A DNA stretch of 41,286 nucleotides from a virus (Duplodnaviria > Heunggongvirae > Uroviricota > Caudoviricetes): IMG/VR virus record IMGVR_UViG_2851933302_000002, positions 1-41,286 of that record; one strand, written 5' to 3'. Below the pieces are notes generated by a model. That model was not told the origin of the DNA, did not search any database, and saw only the letters and a list, made by a program, of their open reading frames with translations. The position numbers were made by a program, and so were the translations under genes. Shown in pieces: positions 24,698 to 35,600 of this stretch. Positions within the stretch are counted from its first letter, which is position 1. Each line of letters starts with the position of its first letter.

Positions 24698-26287
24698 AAC
24701 GAACGCCTGTCCTGATTGATGTGAACGGCGTTCCGCTTCGGGAGAGCCTCAGCTACAACGGTGGCGGTGCAGGATTTGGCGGGCAAATGGCAGAGTGGTT
24801 GCCACCCTCGCAGAGTGCCGATGCGGCCCTGCTGCCCGCGTTGCGTCTGGGGAATGCCCGTGCAGATGATCTGGTGCGCAATAACGGAATAGCGGCCAAT
24901 GCGGTGGCCCTGCATAAAGGATCACATTGTCGGGCATATGTTTCTGATCAGCTACCGTCCGAACTGGCGCTGGCTGGGGATGCGGGAGACCGCAGCAAAA
25001 AGCTTTGTCGATGAGGTGGAGGCGGCCTGGTCGGAATACGCCGAAGGGATGTTTGGCGAGATCGACGTGGAAGGAAAACGCACGTTCACGGAATTTATCC
25101 GTGAAGGTGTGGGCGTTCATGCGTTTAACGGCGAAATCTTTGTGCAGCCGGTCTGGGATACGGAAACCACGCAGTTATTCCGTACGCGTTTTAAAGCCGT
25201 GAGTCCGAAACGGGTGGACACGCCTGGACACGGTATGGGGAACCGTTTTCTGCGGGCCGGTGTGGAGGTCGATCGATATGGCCGTGCCGTCGCGTACCAT
25301 ATCTGTGAGGATGATTTTCCGTTCTCTGGTAGTGGACGATGGGAACGGATCCCGCGTGAACTTCCCACCGGGCGTCCGGCCATGCTGCATATTTTCGAGC
25401 CGGTGGAGGACGGGCAGACCCGTGGGGCTAATCAGTTTTACAGCGTCATGGAACGGCTGAAGATGCTCGATTCCCTGCAGGCAACACAGCTTCAGTCGGC
25501 CATAGTGAAGGCGATGTATGCAGCGACGATTGAAAGTGAACTTGATACCGAAAAGGCCTTTGAATATATCGCCGGCGCGCCACAGGAGCAGAAGGATAAT
25601 CCGCTTATTAATATTCTGGAGAAGTTTTCCAGCTGGTATGACACGAATAACGTGACACTGGGCGGTGTCAAAATTCCGCACCTTTTCCCTGGTGATGATC
25701 TGAAACTACAGACTGCGCAGGATTCAGACAATGGATTTTCTGCGCTTGAACAGGCGCTGCTGCGGTATATCGCCGCCGGTCTTGGCGTTTCCTACGAACA
25801 GTTGTCCCGTGATTACTCGAAGGTCAGTTACTCAAGTGCCCGCGCCTCCGCCAATGAGTCGTGGCGCTATTTTATGGGGCGGCGAAAATTTATTGCGGCC
25901 CGGCTGGCCACGCAGATGTTTTCCTGCTGGCTGGAAGAGGCACTTCTTCGGGGGATTATTCGTCCGCCACGGGCACGTTTTGATTTTTATCAGGCGCGAT
26001 CAGCCTGGTCACGGGCAGAGTGGATTGGTGCCGGAAGAATGGCCATTGACGGGCTCAAGGAAGTCCAGGAATCAGTGATGCGCATTGAGGCCGGACTGAG
26101 CACGTATGAGAAAGAGCTGGCGCTGATGGGCGAGGATTATCAGGACATTTTCCGCCAGCAGGTCAGGGAATCTGCTGAGCGGCAAAAAGCCGGACTCTCA
26201 CGTCCGGTGTGGATAGAGCAGGCGTATCAGCAGCAGATAGCGGAGAGTCGTAGGCCGGAAGAGGAGACAACACCACGTGAGACGTAA
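24694..26287 (+). pseudogene. B: Portal protein gpB, disrupted by a 1-nt insertion frameshift near 24919-24920
   Basis: The N-terminal 75 codons are in the frame of 24694 (…NNGIAANAVALHK). The rest (DHIVGHMFLISYRPNWRWLG… to 26287) is in the frame of 24899. Both halves match recalled lambda gpB contiguously; the join falls at CTGCATAAAGGATCAC, which has one extra G. Confidence 0.85.
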
Positions 26288-27782
26288 TCTTTCACACATT
26301 ATTGCCGCAGCATTCAATGAACCGCTGCTTCTGGAGCCCGCCTATGCGCGGGTTTTCTTTTGCGCGCTCGGGCGCGAGATGGGGGCAGCAAGTCTTTCGG
26401 TACCACAACAGCAGGTACAGTTTGATGCTCCCGGAATGCTGGCTGAAACGGACGAGTACATGGCCGGAGGTAAACGACCGGCCCGTGTTTACAGGGTGGT
26501 GAACGGTATTGCTGTACTGCCGGTGACCGGCACGCTGGTGCACCGGCTGGGTGGTATGCGGCCATTTTCCGGAATGACAGGCTATGACGGCATTGTCGCC
26601 TGTCTTCAGCAGGCAATGGCGGATAGCCAGGTGCGGGGTGTACTGCTGGACATTGACAGTCCGGGCGGGCAGGCCGCCGGTGCGTTTGACTGTGCTGACA
26701 TGATTTACCGCCTCCGTCAGCAGAAGCCGGTCTGGGCACTGTGCAATGACACGGCCTGTTCTGCAGCCATGCTGCTGGCGTCGGCCTGCTCCCGACGGCT
26801 GGTTACCCAGACATCCCGTATCGGCTCCATTGGCGTGATGATGAGCCATGTCAGCTATGCCGGTCATCTGGCGCAGGCCGGTGTGGATATCACGCTGATT
26901 TATGCCGGGGCGCACAAGGTGGATGGCAATCAGTTTGAAGCGTTGCCGGCAGAGATTCGCCAGGACATGCAGCAGCGGATTGATGCGGCGCGCCGGATGT
27001 TTGCCGAAAAAGTGGCGATGTATACCGGTCTGTCTGTTGATGCAGTCACGGGAACAGAGGCCGCCGTTTTTGAAGGTCAGTCCGGCATTGAGGCCGGGCT
27101 GGCGGATGAATTAATCAATGCGTCGGATGCCATCAGCGTGATGGCTGCGGCGCTGAACACACATGATACAGGAGGCACTATGCCGCAATTAACTGCAACG
27201 GAAGCTGCCGCGCAGGAGAACCAGCGAGTGATGGGGATCCTGACGTGTCAGGAAGCGAAAGGACGTGAACACCTTGCCACGATGCTGGCAGGACAACAGG
27301 GCATGAGCGTTGAACAGGCCCGGGCGATTCTGACCGCGGCAGCACCACAGCAGCCGGTGGCATCCACGCAGAGTGAAGCCGATCGCATTATGGCGTGTGA
27401 AGAGGCTAAAGGTCGTGAACAACTGGCGGCAACGCTGGCGGCGATGCCGGAGATGACGGTGGAAAAAGCCCGCCCGATCCTTGCGGCTGCACCACTGGCG
27501 GATGCCGGACCCTCACTCCGTGATCAGATTATGGCTCTGGATGAGGCAAAAGGGGCTGAGGCGCAGGCTGAAAAACTGGCGGCGTTTCCCGGAATGACGG
27601 TGGAGGCTGCCCGCGACATTCTGTCCTCATCGCCGGATAAAGCAGAACCGGTCTCTGCATCCACAACCGCCCTGTTTGAACATTTCATGGCGAATCATTC
27701 ACCGGCAGCGGTGCGGGGTGGCGTGTCACAGACGTCAGCAGACGGTGATGCGGACGTGAAAATGCTCATGGCCATGCCATGA
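26277..27782 (+). CDS. C: Prohead protease/scaffold gpC (S49 ClpP-like) with C-terminal Nu3-like repeats
   Basis: 501-aa ORF. S49 protease-like core. The C-terminal part has three tandem copies of about 45 aa (CQEAKGREHLATMLA.. / CEEAKGREQLAATLA.. / LDEAKGAEAQAEKLA..). Confidence 0.9.
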   Translation: MRRNLSHIIAAAFNEPLLLEPAYARVFFCALGREMGAASLSVPQQQVQFDAPGMLAETDEYMAGGKRPARVYRVVNGIAVLPVTGTLVHRLGGMRPFSGMTGYDGIVACLQQAMADSQVRGVLLDIDSPGGQAAGAFDCADMIYRLRQQKPVWALCNDTACSAAMLLASACSRRLVTQTSRIGSIGVMMSHVSYAGHLAQAGVDITLIYAGAHKVDGNQFEALPAEIRQDMQQRIDAARRMFAEKVAMYTGLSVDAVTGTEAAVFEGQSGIEAGLADELINASDAISVMAAALNTHDTGGTMPQLTATEAAAQENQRVMGILTCQEAKGREHLATMLAGQQGMSVEQARAILTAAAPQQPVASTQSEADRIMACEEAKGREQLAATLAAMPEMTVEKARPILAAAPLADAGPSLRDQIMALDEAKGAEAQAEKLAAFPGMTVEAARDILSSSPDKAEPVSASTTALFEHFMANHSPAAVRGGVSQTSADGDADVKMLMAMP

Positions 27783-27818
27783 AGTCAGTGCTGACCATCA
27801 ATATGAGGTTTTTACAAT

Positions 27819-28166
27819 ATGGTAACGAAAACCATCACTGAACAACGTGCAGAAGTACGTATTTTTGCCGGTAATGATCCGGCTCATACCGCCACAGGCA
27901 GCAGCGGGATTTCTCAGGCAACACCGGCACTGACGCCCCTGATGCTGGATGAAGCCACCGGGAAACTGGTGGTCTGGGACGGACAGAAAGCCGGTAGTGC
28001 GGTTGGCATACTGGTACTGCCGCTTGAAGGCACAGAGGCGGTGCTGACGTATTACAAGTCGGGGACCTTTGCGACGGAGGCAATCCGCTGGCCTGAAAGT
28101 GTGGATGAACACAAAAAGGCCAACGCCTTTACCGGCAGTGCCCTGAGTCACGCGGCGCTGCCGTAA
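27819..28166 (+). CDS. D: Head decoration protein gpD
   Basis: 115-aa ORF matching recalled lambda gpD (DPAHTATG...TPLMLD...KLVVWDG...GILV...YKSGTF). Confidence 0.9.
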   Translation: MVTKTITEQRAEVRIFAGNDPAHTATGSSGISQATPALTPLMLDEATGKLVVWDGQKAGSAVGILVLPLEGTEAVLTYYKSGTFATEAIRWPESVDEHKKANAFTGSALSHAALP

Positions 28167-28223
28167 CACGTTATCAGGCCACCGCGTTGGCCTGACTGAT
28201 TTCTTAATGAAAGGAACTGATTT

Positions 28224-29252
28224 ATGGGATTGTTTACGACCCGCCAGTTACTCGGTTATACCGAACAAAAAGTTAAATTCCGTGCGCTGTTTCTGGAGCT
28301 GTTTTTCCGCCGTACGGTGAATTTCCACACCGAAGAGGTGATGCTGGACAAAATTACCGGAAAAACGCCGGTGGCGGCCTATGTCTCCCCGATCGTTGAA
28401 GGAAAAGTGCTTCGCCATCGCGGTGGTGAAACCCGCGTGTTACGTCCGGGCTACGTCAAGCCCAAACACGAATTTAATTACCAGCAGGCGGTTGAGCGCC
28501 TTCCTGGTGAAGATCCGGCTCAGCTGAACGACCCGGCCTACCGTCGTCTGCGTATCATTACCGATAACCTCAAACAGGAAGAGCACGCTATTGTGCAGGT
28601 GGAAGAAATGCAGGCGGTGAATGCCGTGCTGTATGGCAAATACACCATGGAAGGGGATCAGTTTGATACTGTCGAGGTGGATTTCGGGCGCTCTGAAGGA
28701 AATAACATTGAGCAGGCTGACGGTAAAAAATGGTCTGAGCAGGACCGTGATACGTTTGATCCGACGCATGATATTGACCTCTATTGCGATCAGGCCAGCG
28801 GCCTTGTGAATATCGCCATTATGGACGGTACGGTCTGGCGTCTGCTGAATGGCTTTAAGCTGTTCCGCGAAAAACTGGATACCCGTCGCGGCTCAAATTC
28901 ACAACTCGAAACGGCAGTGAAAGACCTGGGGGCGGTGGTGTCCTTCAAGGGGTATTACGGCGATCTGGCCATTGTGGTGGCGAAAACGTCTTATGTGGCA
29001 GAGGACGGTACCGAAAAACGTTATCTGCCGGAGGGCACACTGGTCCTGGGGAATACGGCAGCAGAGGGCATTCGTTGCTATGGTGCCATTCAGGATGCGC
29101 AGGCGTTGTCCGAAGGTGTGGTGGCCTCTTCCCGTTATCCGAAACACTGGCTGACTGTGGGCGATCCGGCCCGTGAATTCACCATGACGCAGTCCGCACC
29201 GCTGATGGTGCTGCCGGATCCGGATGAGTTTGTGGTGGTACAGGTGAAATAA
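28224..29252 (+). CDS. E: Major capsid protein gpE
   Basis: 342-aa ORF with extensive similarity to recalled lambda gpE (YVSPIV, PGYVKPKHE, VEEMQAVNAVL, KLDTRRGSNS, TGDPAREFTM, SAPLM). Confidence 0.95.
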   Translation: MGLFTTRQLLGYTEQKVKFRALFLELFFRRTVNFHTEEVMLDKITGKTPVAAYVSPIVEGKVLRHRGGETRVLRPGYVKPKHEFNYQQAVERLPGEDPAQLNDPAYRRLRIITDNLKQEEHAIVQVEEMQAVNAVLYGKYTMEGDQFDTVEVDFGRSEGNNIEQADGKKWSEQDRDTFDPTHDIDLYCDQASGLVNIAIMDGTVWRLLNGFKLFREKLDTRRGSNSQLETAVKDLGAVVSFKGYYGDLAIVVAKTSYVAEDGTEKRYLPEGTLVLGNTAAEGIRCYGAIQDAQALSEGVVASSRYPKHWLTVGDPAREFTMTQSAPLMVLPDPDEFVVVQVK

Positions 29253-29303
29253 TCCGTGAGCGGGGGCGAAATGCCCCCGTGTCTTTTTTCACAGGAGGCT
29301 GAG

Positions 29304-29687
29304 ATGGCAACAAAAGAAGAAAATCTGAATCGTCTTCGTCAACTGGCTGGCCTGCTGGGGCGCGAGGCGGATATGTCGGGGAGTGCTGCGGATATTGCTC
29401 AACGTGTGTCTGAGTGGGAAGAGGAGCTTGCTGTTTCCCCGGAGGGCATTATGCACTCTGATGAGAGCGGGGCTGATCAAAATCACACAGACGATGGTGA
29501 GCAGTTGAACAACACGGATGCTCCGGATGATGTTAAAGCCGTCCGGGTACGGAAGTGCCTGCAAGTAATGGGGTATTGCCCGGAGACAGGTCGTCCCGTT
29601 GAGCTGGCGTTACGGGGTATGCGTGTTCTGGTGCCATCATCACTGGCAACGGCCATGATACAGCACGGAACGGCTGAATATGCGTGA
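29304..29687 (+). CDS. FI: DNA packaging protein gpFI
   Basis: From the ATG at 29304 with SD AGGAGG. Position and size match lambda FI; acidic middle region. An upstream in-frame ATG at 29256 is less likely. Confidence 0.8.
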   Translation: MATKEENLNRLRQLAGLLGREADMSGSAADIAQRVSEWEEELAVSPEGIMHSDESGADQNHTDDGEQLNNTDAPDDVKAVRVRKCLQVMGYCPETGRPVELALRGMRVLVPSSLATAMIQHGTAEYA

Positions 29688-30033
29688 TTTTCAGAATGCC
29701 TTTGATGCTGCCCTCGCCGGGGTGGACAGTACGATCGTTGAAGTGATGGGGATCCGTGCGCAGTTCACCTCCGGAGCACAACGTGGCGGCGAAGTTCAGG
29801 GGGTTTTTGACGATCCGGAGTCGCTGGGTTTTGCCGGTGGCGGGGTCCGTATTGAAGGAAGCAGCCCGTCATTATTTGTGCGGACGGATACGGTGCGTGC
29901 CGTGCGGCGTGGTGACACGCTGACCATTAACGGCGAGATGTTCTGGGTGGATCGTGTTTCTCCGGATGACGGGGGAAGCTGTTATCTCTGGCTCAACCGT
30001 GGGCAACCACCCGCTGTTAACCGGCGACGATAA
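29680..30033 (+). CDS. FII: Head completion protein gpFII
   Basis: 117-aa ORF near-identical at the C-terminus to recalled lambda gpFII (VDRVSPDDGGSCYLWLNRGQPPAVNRRR). Confidence 0.9.
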   Translation: MRDFQNAFDAALAGVDSTIVEVMGIRAQFTSGAQRGGEVQGVFDDPESLGFAGGGVRIEGSSPSLFVRTDTVRAVRRGDTLTINGEMFWVDRVSPDDGGSCYLWLNRGQPPAVNRRR

Positions 30034-30048
30034 ACGCAGGGTGAAATT

Positions 30049-30624
30049 ATGGCGATAAAAGGGCTTGATCAGGCGATTGATAATCTGAGCCGGGTTCGTA
30101 AAAACGCCATTCCGGCGGCTTCAGCAATGACGATTAACCGCGTGGCCACAACGGCGATTAATCAGTCTTCATCACAGGTTGCCCGGGAGACAAAGGTACG
30201 CCGGAAACTGGTTAAGGAACGGTCCAGACTGAAACGGGCCACGGTCAGAAATCCGAATGCAAAAATTATCGTTAACCGCGGTGATCTCCCTGTGATTAAG
30301 CTGGGGATCAGAATGCTGGGGCGTCGTCCGGACAGCATACTCAAAGCCGGTCAGCATCGTTATCAGCGGGCATTTATCCAGCGATTAAATAATGGGCGCT
30401 GGCATGTTATGCAACGTCTTCCCCAGGCCAGATATGAGGAGGGCAATGACGACAAGGGAAGGAAAAAGCGTAATCGCCTTCCCATTCAGGTGGTGAAAAT
30501 CCCGATGGCGGCCCCACTGAAACAGGCATTTGATGAGAATGTTGACCGTATCCGGCGTGAACGCCTGCCTAAAGAACTGGCATACGCGCTGAAACAACAA
30601 CTGAGGATTGCGATAAAACGATGA
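30049..30624 (+). CDS. Z: Tail completion protein gpZ
   Basis: 191-aa ORF with N- and C-termini matching recalled lambda gpZ (MAIKGL..., ...[22 protein letters not shown]). Confidence 0.9.
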   Translation: MAIKGLDQAIDNLSRVRKNAIPAASAMTINRVATTAINQSSSQVARETKVRRKLVKERSRLKRATVRNPNAKIIVNRGDLPVIKLGIRMLGRRPDSILKAGQHRYQRAFIQRLNNGRWHVMQRLPQARYEEGNDDKGRKKRNRLPIQVVKIPMAAPLKQAFDENVDRIRRERLPKELAYALKQQLRIAIKR

Positions 30625-31016
30625 AACACACTGACATTCGTGCCGCAGTGCTGGATGCACTCGAGCAGCATGAACACGGGGCGACGCTGTTTGATGGTCG
30701 CCCCGTTGTTTTTGACGAAGAGGATTTTCCTGCGATCGCGGTTTATCTGACGGATGCAGAGTATACCGGTGAAGAGCTGGATGCAGATACCTGGCGGGCC
30801 ACGCTGCATATTGAGGTGTTTTTACCGGCACAGGTACCGGATTCAGAGCTTGATCAGTGGATGGAAAGCCGGATTTACCCGGCGATGACTGCGATCCCGG
30901 CACTGGCAGGACTGATTACCACGATGGTTACGCAGGGCTATGAGTATCGTCGTGATGACGATATGGCGTTATGGAGCTCTGCGGATCTGACTTATTCCAT
31001 TACATACGAGATGTGA
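30621..31016 (+). CDS. U: Tail terminator protein gpU
   Basis: 131-aa ORF highly similar to recalled lambda gpU throughout. Confidence 0.9.
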   Translation: MKHTDIRAAVLDALEQHEHGATLFDGRPVVFDEEDFPAIAVYLTDAEYTGEELDADTWRATLHIEVFLPAQVPDSELDQWMESRIYPAMTAIPALAGLITTMVTQGYEYRRDDDMALWSSADLTYSITYEM

Positions 31017-31023
31017 GGACGAT

Positions 31024-31770
31024 ATGGCAACACCAAATCCCCTGGAGCCGGTAAAAGGTGCCGGTACCACTCTGTGGGTTTACAACGGCAAGGCTGATGC
31101 TTATGCAAACCCGTTGTCAGACGATGACTGGCAGCGACTGGCTAAGGTGAAGGATCTGACGCCGGGCGAGATGACGGCTGAACCCTACGATGATAACTAC
31201 CTGGATGATGAAGACGCGGACTGGACCGCGACCGGGCAGGGACAGAAATCTGCAGGTGATACCAGTTTTACGCTGGCCTGGAAACCGGGAGAGGAAGGTC
31301 AGAAAGGGCTTATAGGCTGGTTTGAAAGCGGCGATGTCCGGGCCTATAAAATCCGTTTTCCGAATGGCACGGTGGATGTGTTTCGTGGCTGGGTCAGCAG
31401 TATCGGTAAGGCCGTGACGGCGAAAGAAGTGATCACCCGCACGGTGAAAGTCACTAACGTGGGTAAACCTTCTGTAGCGGAAGAACGCAGCAAAATTACG
31501 CCGGTCACTGCGATTAAGGTAACGCCGACAGGTACGGTTGAAAAAGGGAAAACAACCACCCTGACCGTTACTGTGGAACCGGAAAATGCAACGGATAAGA
31601 CATTCAGGGCGATTTCCGCCGATCCATCAAAAGCCACCATTAGCGTGAAAGATATGACGATTACTGTGACGGGGGTTAAGGATGGAAAAGTCAGCATCCC
31701 TGTGATTTCCGGTAATGGTCAGTTTGCTGCGGTGGCTGAAATTACCGTTAATAATGTGCCGGGTGGCTAA
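31024..31770 (+). CDS. V: Major tail tube protein gpV (with C-terminal Ig-like domain)
   Basis: 248-aa ORF highly similar to recalled lambda gpV ([48 protein letters not shown]). Confidence 0.9.
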   Translation: MATPNPLEPVKGAGTTLWVYNGKADAYANPLSDDDWQRLAKVKDLTPGEMTAEPYDDNYLDDEDADWTATGQGQKSAGDTSFTLAWKPGEEGQKGLIGWFESGDVRAYKIRFPNGTVDVFRGWVSSIGKAVTAKEVITRTVKVTNVGKPSVAEERSKITPVTAIKVTPTGTVEKGKTTTLTVTVEPENATDKTFRAISADPSKATISVKDMTITVTGVKDGKVSIPVISGNGQFAAVAEITVNNVPGG

Positions 31771-31788
31771 AGAGCTGAGAGATAAGCG

Positions 31789-32220
31789 ATGTTCCTGAAA
31801 ACAGAACAATTTGAATATAACGGTGTATCCGTCACGCTTTCTGAGCTGTCTGCGCTGCAGCGTATTGAGCATCTTGCCCTCCTGAAACGGCGGGCAGAAG
31901 AGGCTGAAGCCAGCGGCAACCTGCAGGTGAGTGTGGAAGATCTTGTCAGAACCGGCGCGTTTCTGGTGGCGATGTCCCTGTGGCATAACCATCCACAGAA
32001 AACGCAGTCACCGTCAATGAATGAGGCCGTGATGAAGATAGAGCAGGAAGTGCTCACCACCTGGCCTGCCGATGCCATTGCCCGGGCGGAAGACGTGGTG
32101 TTGTGCCTGTCCGGGATGATCGAAGCTGTTCGTCCGGATACTGATATTACTGAAGTGGCGAAAAATAACACGCTGACTGATGATGATTTTTCTGCGGGAA
32201 AGTCTTCGACGGCGAGCTGA
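31789..32220 (+). CDS. G: Tail assembly chaperone gpG
   Basis: 143-aa ORF in the lambda G position. Ends just after the slippery heptamer GGGAAAG (32196-32202). Confidence 0.85.
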   Translation: MFLKTEQFEYNGVSVTLSELSALQRIEHLALLKRRAEEAEASGNLQVSVEDLVRTGAFLVAMSLWHNHPQKTQSPSMNEAVMKIEQEVLTTWPADAIARAEDVVLCLSGMIEAVRPDTDITEVAKNNTLTDDDFSAGKSSTAS

Positions 32221-32660
32221 ACTTTGCCCTCAGACTGGCGCGTGAGATGGGGAGACCCGACTGGCGCGCCATGCTTGCCGGGATGACATCCACCGAATAT
32301 GCCGACTGGCACCGTTTTTACCGCACGCATTATTTTCAGGATACCCAGCTGGATATGCATTTTTCCGGGCTGACGTACGCTGTACTCAGCCTGTTTTTTT
32401 GCGATCCGGATATGCATCCCTCTGATTTCAGTCTGCTTGTCCCCCGGCATGAGGAAGAGCAGGTGGAGAGGCCGGATGAGGACAAAATGCTGATGCAGAA
32501 AGCGGCAGGACTTGCCGGAGGCGTCCGGTTCGGTGGGGACGGAGGGCGCGATATTTTATCGTCTGCGGATGTGGCGGATGTCATGGTGGATGATGCCGCA
32601 TTAATGATGGCTTCAGCGGGGATTCCGGGAGGTGTGAGATATGTCCCAGCCGGTTGGTGA
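31789..32660 (+). CDS. GT: Tail assembly chaperone gpGT (product of programmed -1 ribosomal frameshift at GGGAAAG)
   Basis: Slippery sequence G GGA AAG at 32196-32202 in the G frame. A -1 slip moves into the T frame (…[26 protein letters not shown]…), which runs to 32660. Same arrangement as lambda G/T. Confidence 0.8.
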
Positions 32661-35600
32661 TCTTGTTATTGACCTTAGTCTGGATGCTGTCCGTTTCGAT
32701 GAGCAGATGAGCCGGGTAAGGCGTCATTTTTCAGGTCTGGATACCGACGCCAGAAAAACCGCCAGTGCTGTTGAACAGGGCCTGAGCCGCCAGGCGCTGG
32801 CTGCACAAAAAGCCGGGATTTCCGTCGGGCAGTATAAAGCGGCCATGCGAACCCTGCCCGCACAGTTTACGGATATCGCCACGCAGCTTGCCGGTGGTCA
32901 GAATCCCTGGCTGATCCTGCTGCAACAGGGCGGTCAGGTGAAGGACTCCTTCGGCGGGATGATCCCCATGTTCAGGGGGCTTGCCGGTGCGATCACCCTG
33001 CCGATGGTCGGGGTCACCTCGCTGGCGGTGGCGACAGGTGCGCTGGTGTACGCCTGGTACCAGGGAGATTCCACGCTTTCAGCGTTTAATAAAACCCTGG
33101 TTCTTTCCGGTAATCAGTCCGGACTGACTGCCGATCGCATGCTGACGCTCTCCAGAGCCGGACAGGCCGCAGGGCTGACGTTTAACCAGGCGAGTGAGTC
33201 ACTGGCAGCCATGGTGAATGCCGGTGTGCGTGGTGGTGAACAGTTTGATGCCATCAACCAGAGTGTCGCGCGTTTTGCTTCTGCATCCGGTGTGGAGGTG
33301 GACAAGGTTGCAGAGGCTTTCGGAAAACTGACCACTGACCCGACGTCGGGGCTGATTGCGATGGCGAAGCAGTTCCATAACGTGACGGCGGAGCAGATTG
33401 CGTATGTTGCTCAGTTGCAGCGTTCCGGCGATGAAACCGGGGCATTGCAGGCGGCGAACGAGGCCGCAACGAAAGGGTTTGATGACCAGACCCGCCGCCT
33501 GAAAGAGAACATGGGCACGCTGGAGACCTGGGCAGACAGGACAGCGCGGGCATTCAAATCCATGTGGGATGCGGTGCTGGATATTGGTCGTCCTGATACC
33601 GCGCAGGAGATGCTGATTAAGGCAGAGGCTGCGTTTAAGAAAGCAGACGACATCTGGAATCTGCGCAAGGATGATTATTTTGTTAACGATGAAGCGCGGG
33701 CGCGTTACTGGGATGATCGTGAAAAGGCCCGTCTTGCGCTTGAAGCCGCCCGAAAGAAGGCTGAGCAGCAGACTCAACAGGACAAAAATGCGCAGCAGCA
33801 GAGCGATACCGAAGCGTCACGGCTGAAATATACCGAAGAGGCGCAGAAGGCTTACGAACGGCTGCAGACGCCGCTGGAGAAATATACCGCCCGTCAGGAA
33901 GAACTGAACAAGGCACTGAAAGACGGGAAAATCCTGCAGGCGGATTACAACACGCTGATGGCGGCGGCGAAAAAGGATTATGAAGCGACGCTGAAAAAGC
34001 CGAAACAGTCCGGCGTGAAGGTGTCTGCGGGCGATCGTCAGGAAGACAGTGCTCATGCTGCCCTGCTGACGCTTCAGGCAGAACTCCGGACGCTGGAGAA
34101 GCATGCCGGAGCGAATGAGAAAATCAGCCAGCAGCGCCGGGATTTGTGGAAGGCAGAAAGTCAGTTCGCGGTACTGGAGGAGGCGGCACAACGTCGCCAG
34201 CTGTCCGCACAGGAGAAATCCCTGCTGGCGCATAAAGATGAGACGCTGGAGTACAAACGCCAGCTGGCTGCACTTGGCGACAAGGTTACGTATCAGGAGC
34301 GCCTGAACGCGCTGGCGCAGCAGGCGGATAAATTCGCACAGCAGCAACGGGCAAAACGGGCCGCCATTGATGCAAAAAACCGGGGGCTGACTGACCGGCA
34401 GGCAGCGCGGGAAGCCACGGAACAGCGCCTGAAGGAACAGTATGGCGATAATCCTCTGGCGCTGAATAACGTCATGTCAGAGCAGAAAAAGACCTGGGCG
34501 GCTGAAGACCAGCTTCGCGGGAGCTGGATGGCAGGCCTGAAGTCCGGCTGGAGTGAGTGGGAAGAGAGCGCCACGGACAGTATGTCGCAGGTAAAAAGTG
34601 CAGCCACGCAGACCTTTGATGGTATTGCACAGAATATGGCGGCGATGCTGACCGGCAGTGAGCAGAACTGGCGCAGCTTCACCCGCTCCGTGCTGTCCAT
34701 GATGACAGAAATTCTGCTTAAGCAGGCAATGGTGGGGATTGTCGGGAGTATCGGCAGCGCTATTGGCGGGGCTGTTGGTGGCGGCGCATCCGCGTCAGGC
34801 GGTACAGCCATTCAGGCAGCTGCGGCGAAATTCCATTTTGCGACCGGAGGATTTACGGGAACCGGCGGCAAATATGAGCCAGCGGGGATTGTTCACCGTG
34901 GTGAATTTGTCTTCACGAAGGAGGCGACCAGCCGGATTGGTGTCGGCAACCTGTATCGTCTGATGCGCGGGTATGCGGAAGGTGGTTATGTCGGCGGTGC
35001 CGGAAGTCCGGCGCAGATGCGGCGGGCGGAAGGTATCCGGTTTGAGCAGAACAACAGCGTGGTGATTCAGAACGACGGTATCAACGGACAGGCCGGGCCG
35101 CAGCTGATGAAAGCGGTGTATGAGATGGCCCGTAAAGGTGCGCAGGATGAGATCCAGTCCGTCACCGACGGCGTGAAGGTAAAAGTGAGCCGTGTTCCTG
35201 ACGGCGTTGCTGAATACAGCGTGTGGGGGCTGAAGCTGCCGACGCTGCGCCAGCGCCTGTTCCGCTGCGTGAGTATCCGTGAGAACGACAACGGCACGTA
35301 TGCCATCACCGCCGTGCAGCATGTACCGGAAAAAGAGGCCATCGTGGATAACGGGGCGCACTTTGACGGCGACCAGAGCGGCACGGTGAACGGGGTCACA
35401 CCGCCAGCAGTGCAGCATCTGACTGCCGAAGTCACCGCAGACAGCGGGGAATACCAGGTGCTGGCGCGCTGGGATACGCCGAAGGTGGTGAAGGGTGTGA
35501 GCTTTATGCTTCGCCTGACCGTGGCAGCGGATGACGGCAGTGAGCGGCTGGTCAGCACGGCCCGGACGACGGAAACCACATACCGCTTCACGCAACTGGC

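Noticed and set aside
26292-26915. 207-aa and 141-aa minus-strand ORFs inside gene C
   Set aside because: Antisense to the protease/scaffold gene with low-complexity products. Spurious.
31767-32450. 227-aa minus-strand ORF spanning G and T
   Set aside because: Antisense to the G/T genes, which carry the conserved frameshift signal. No support.
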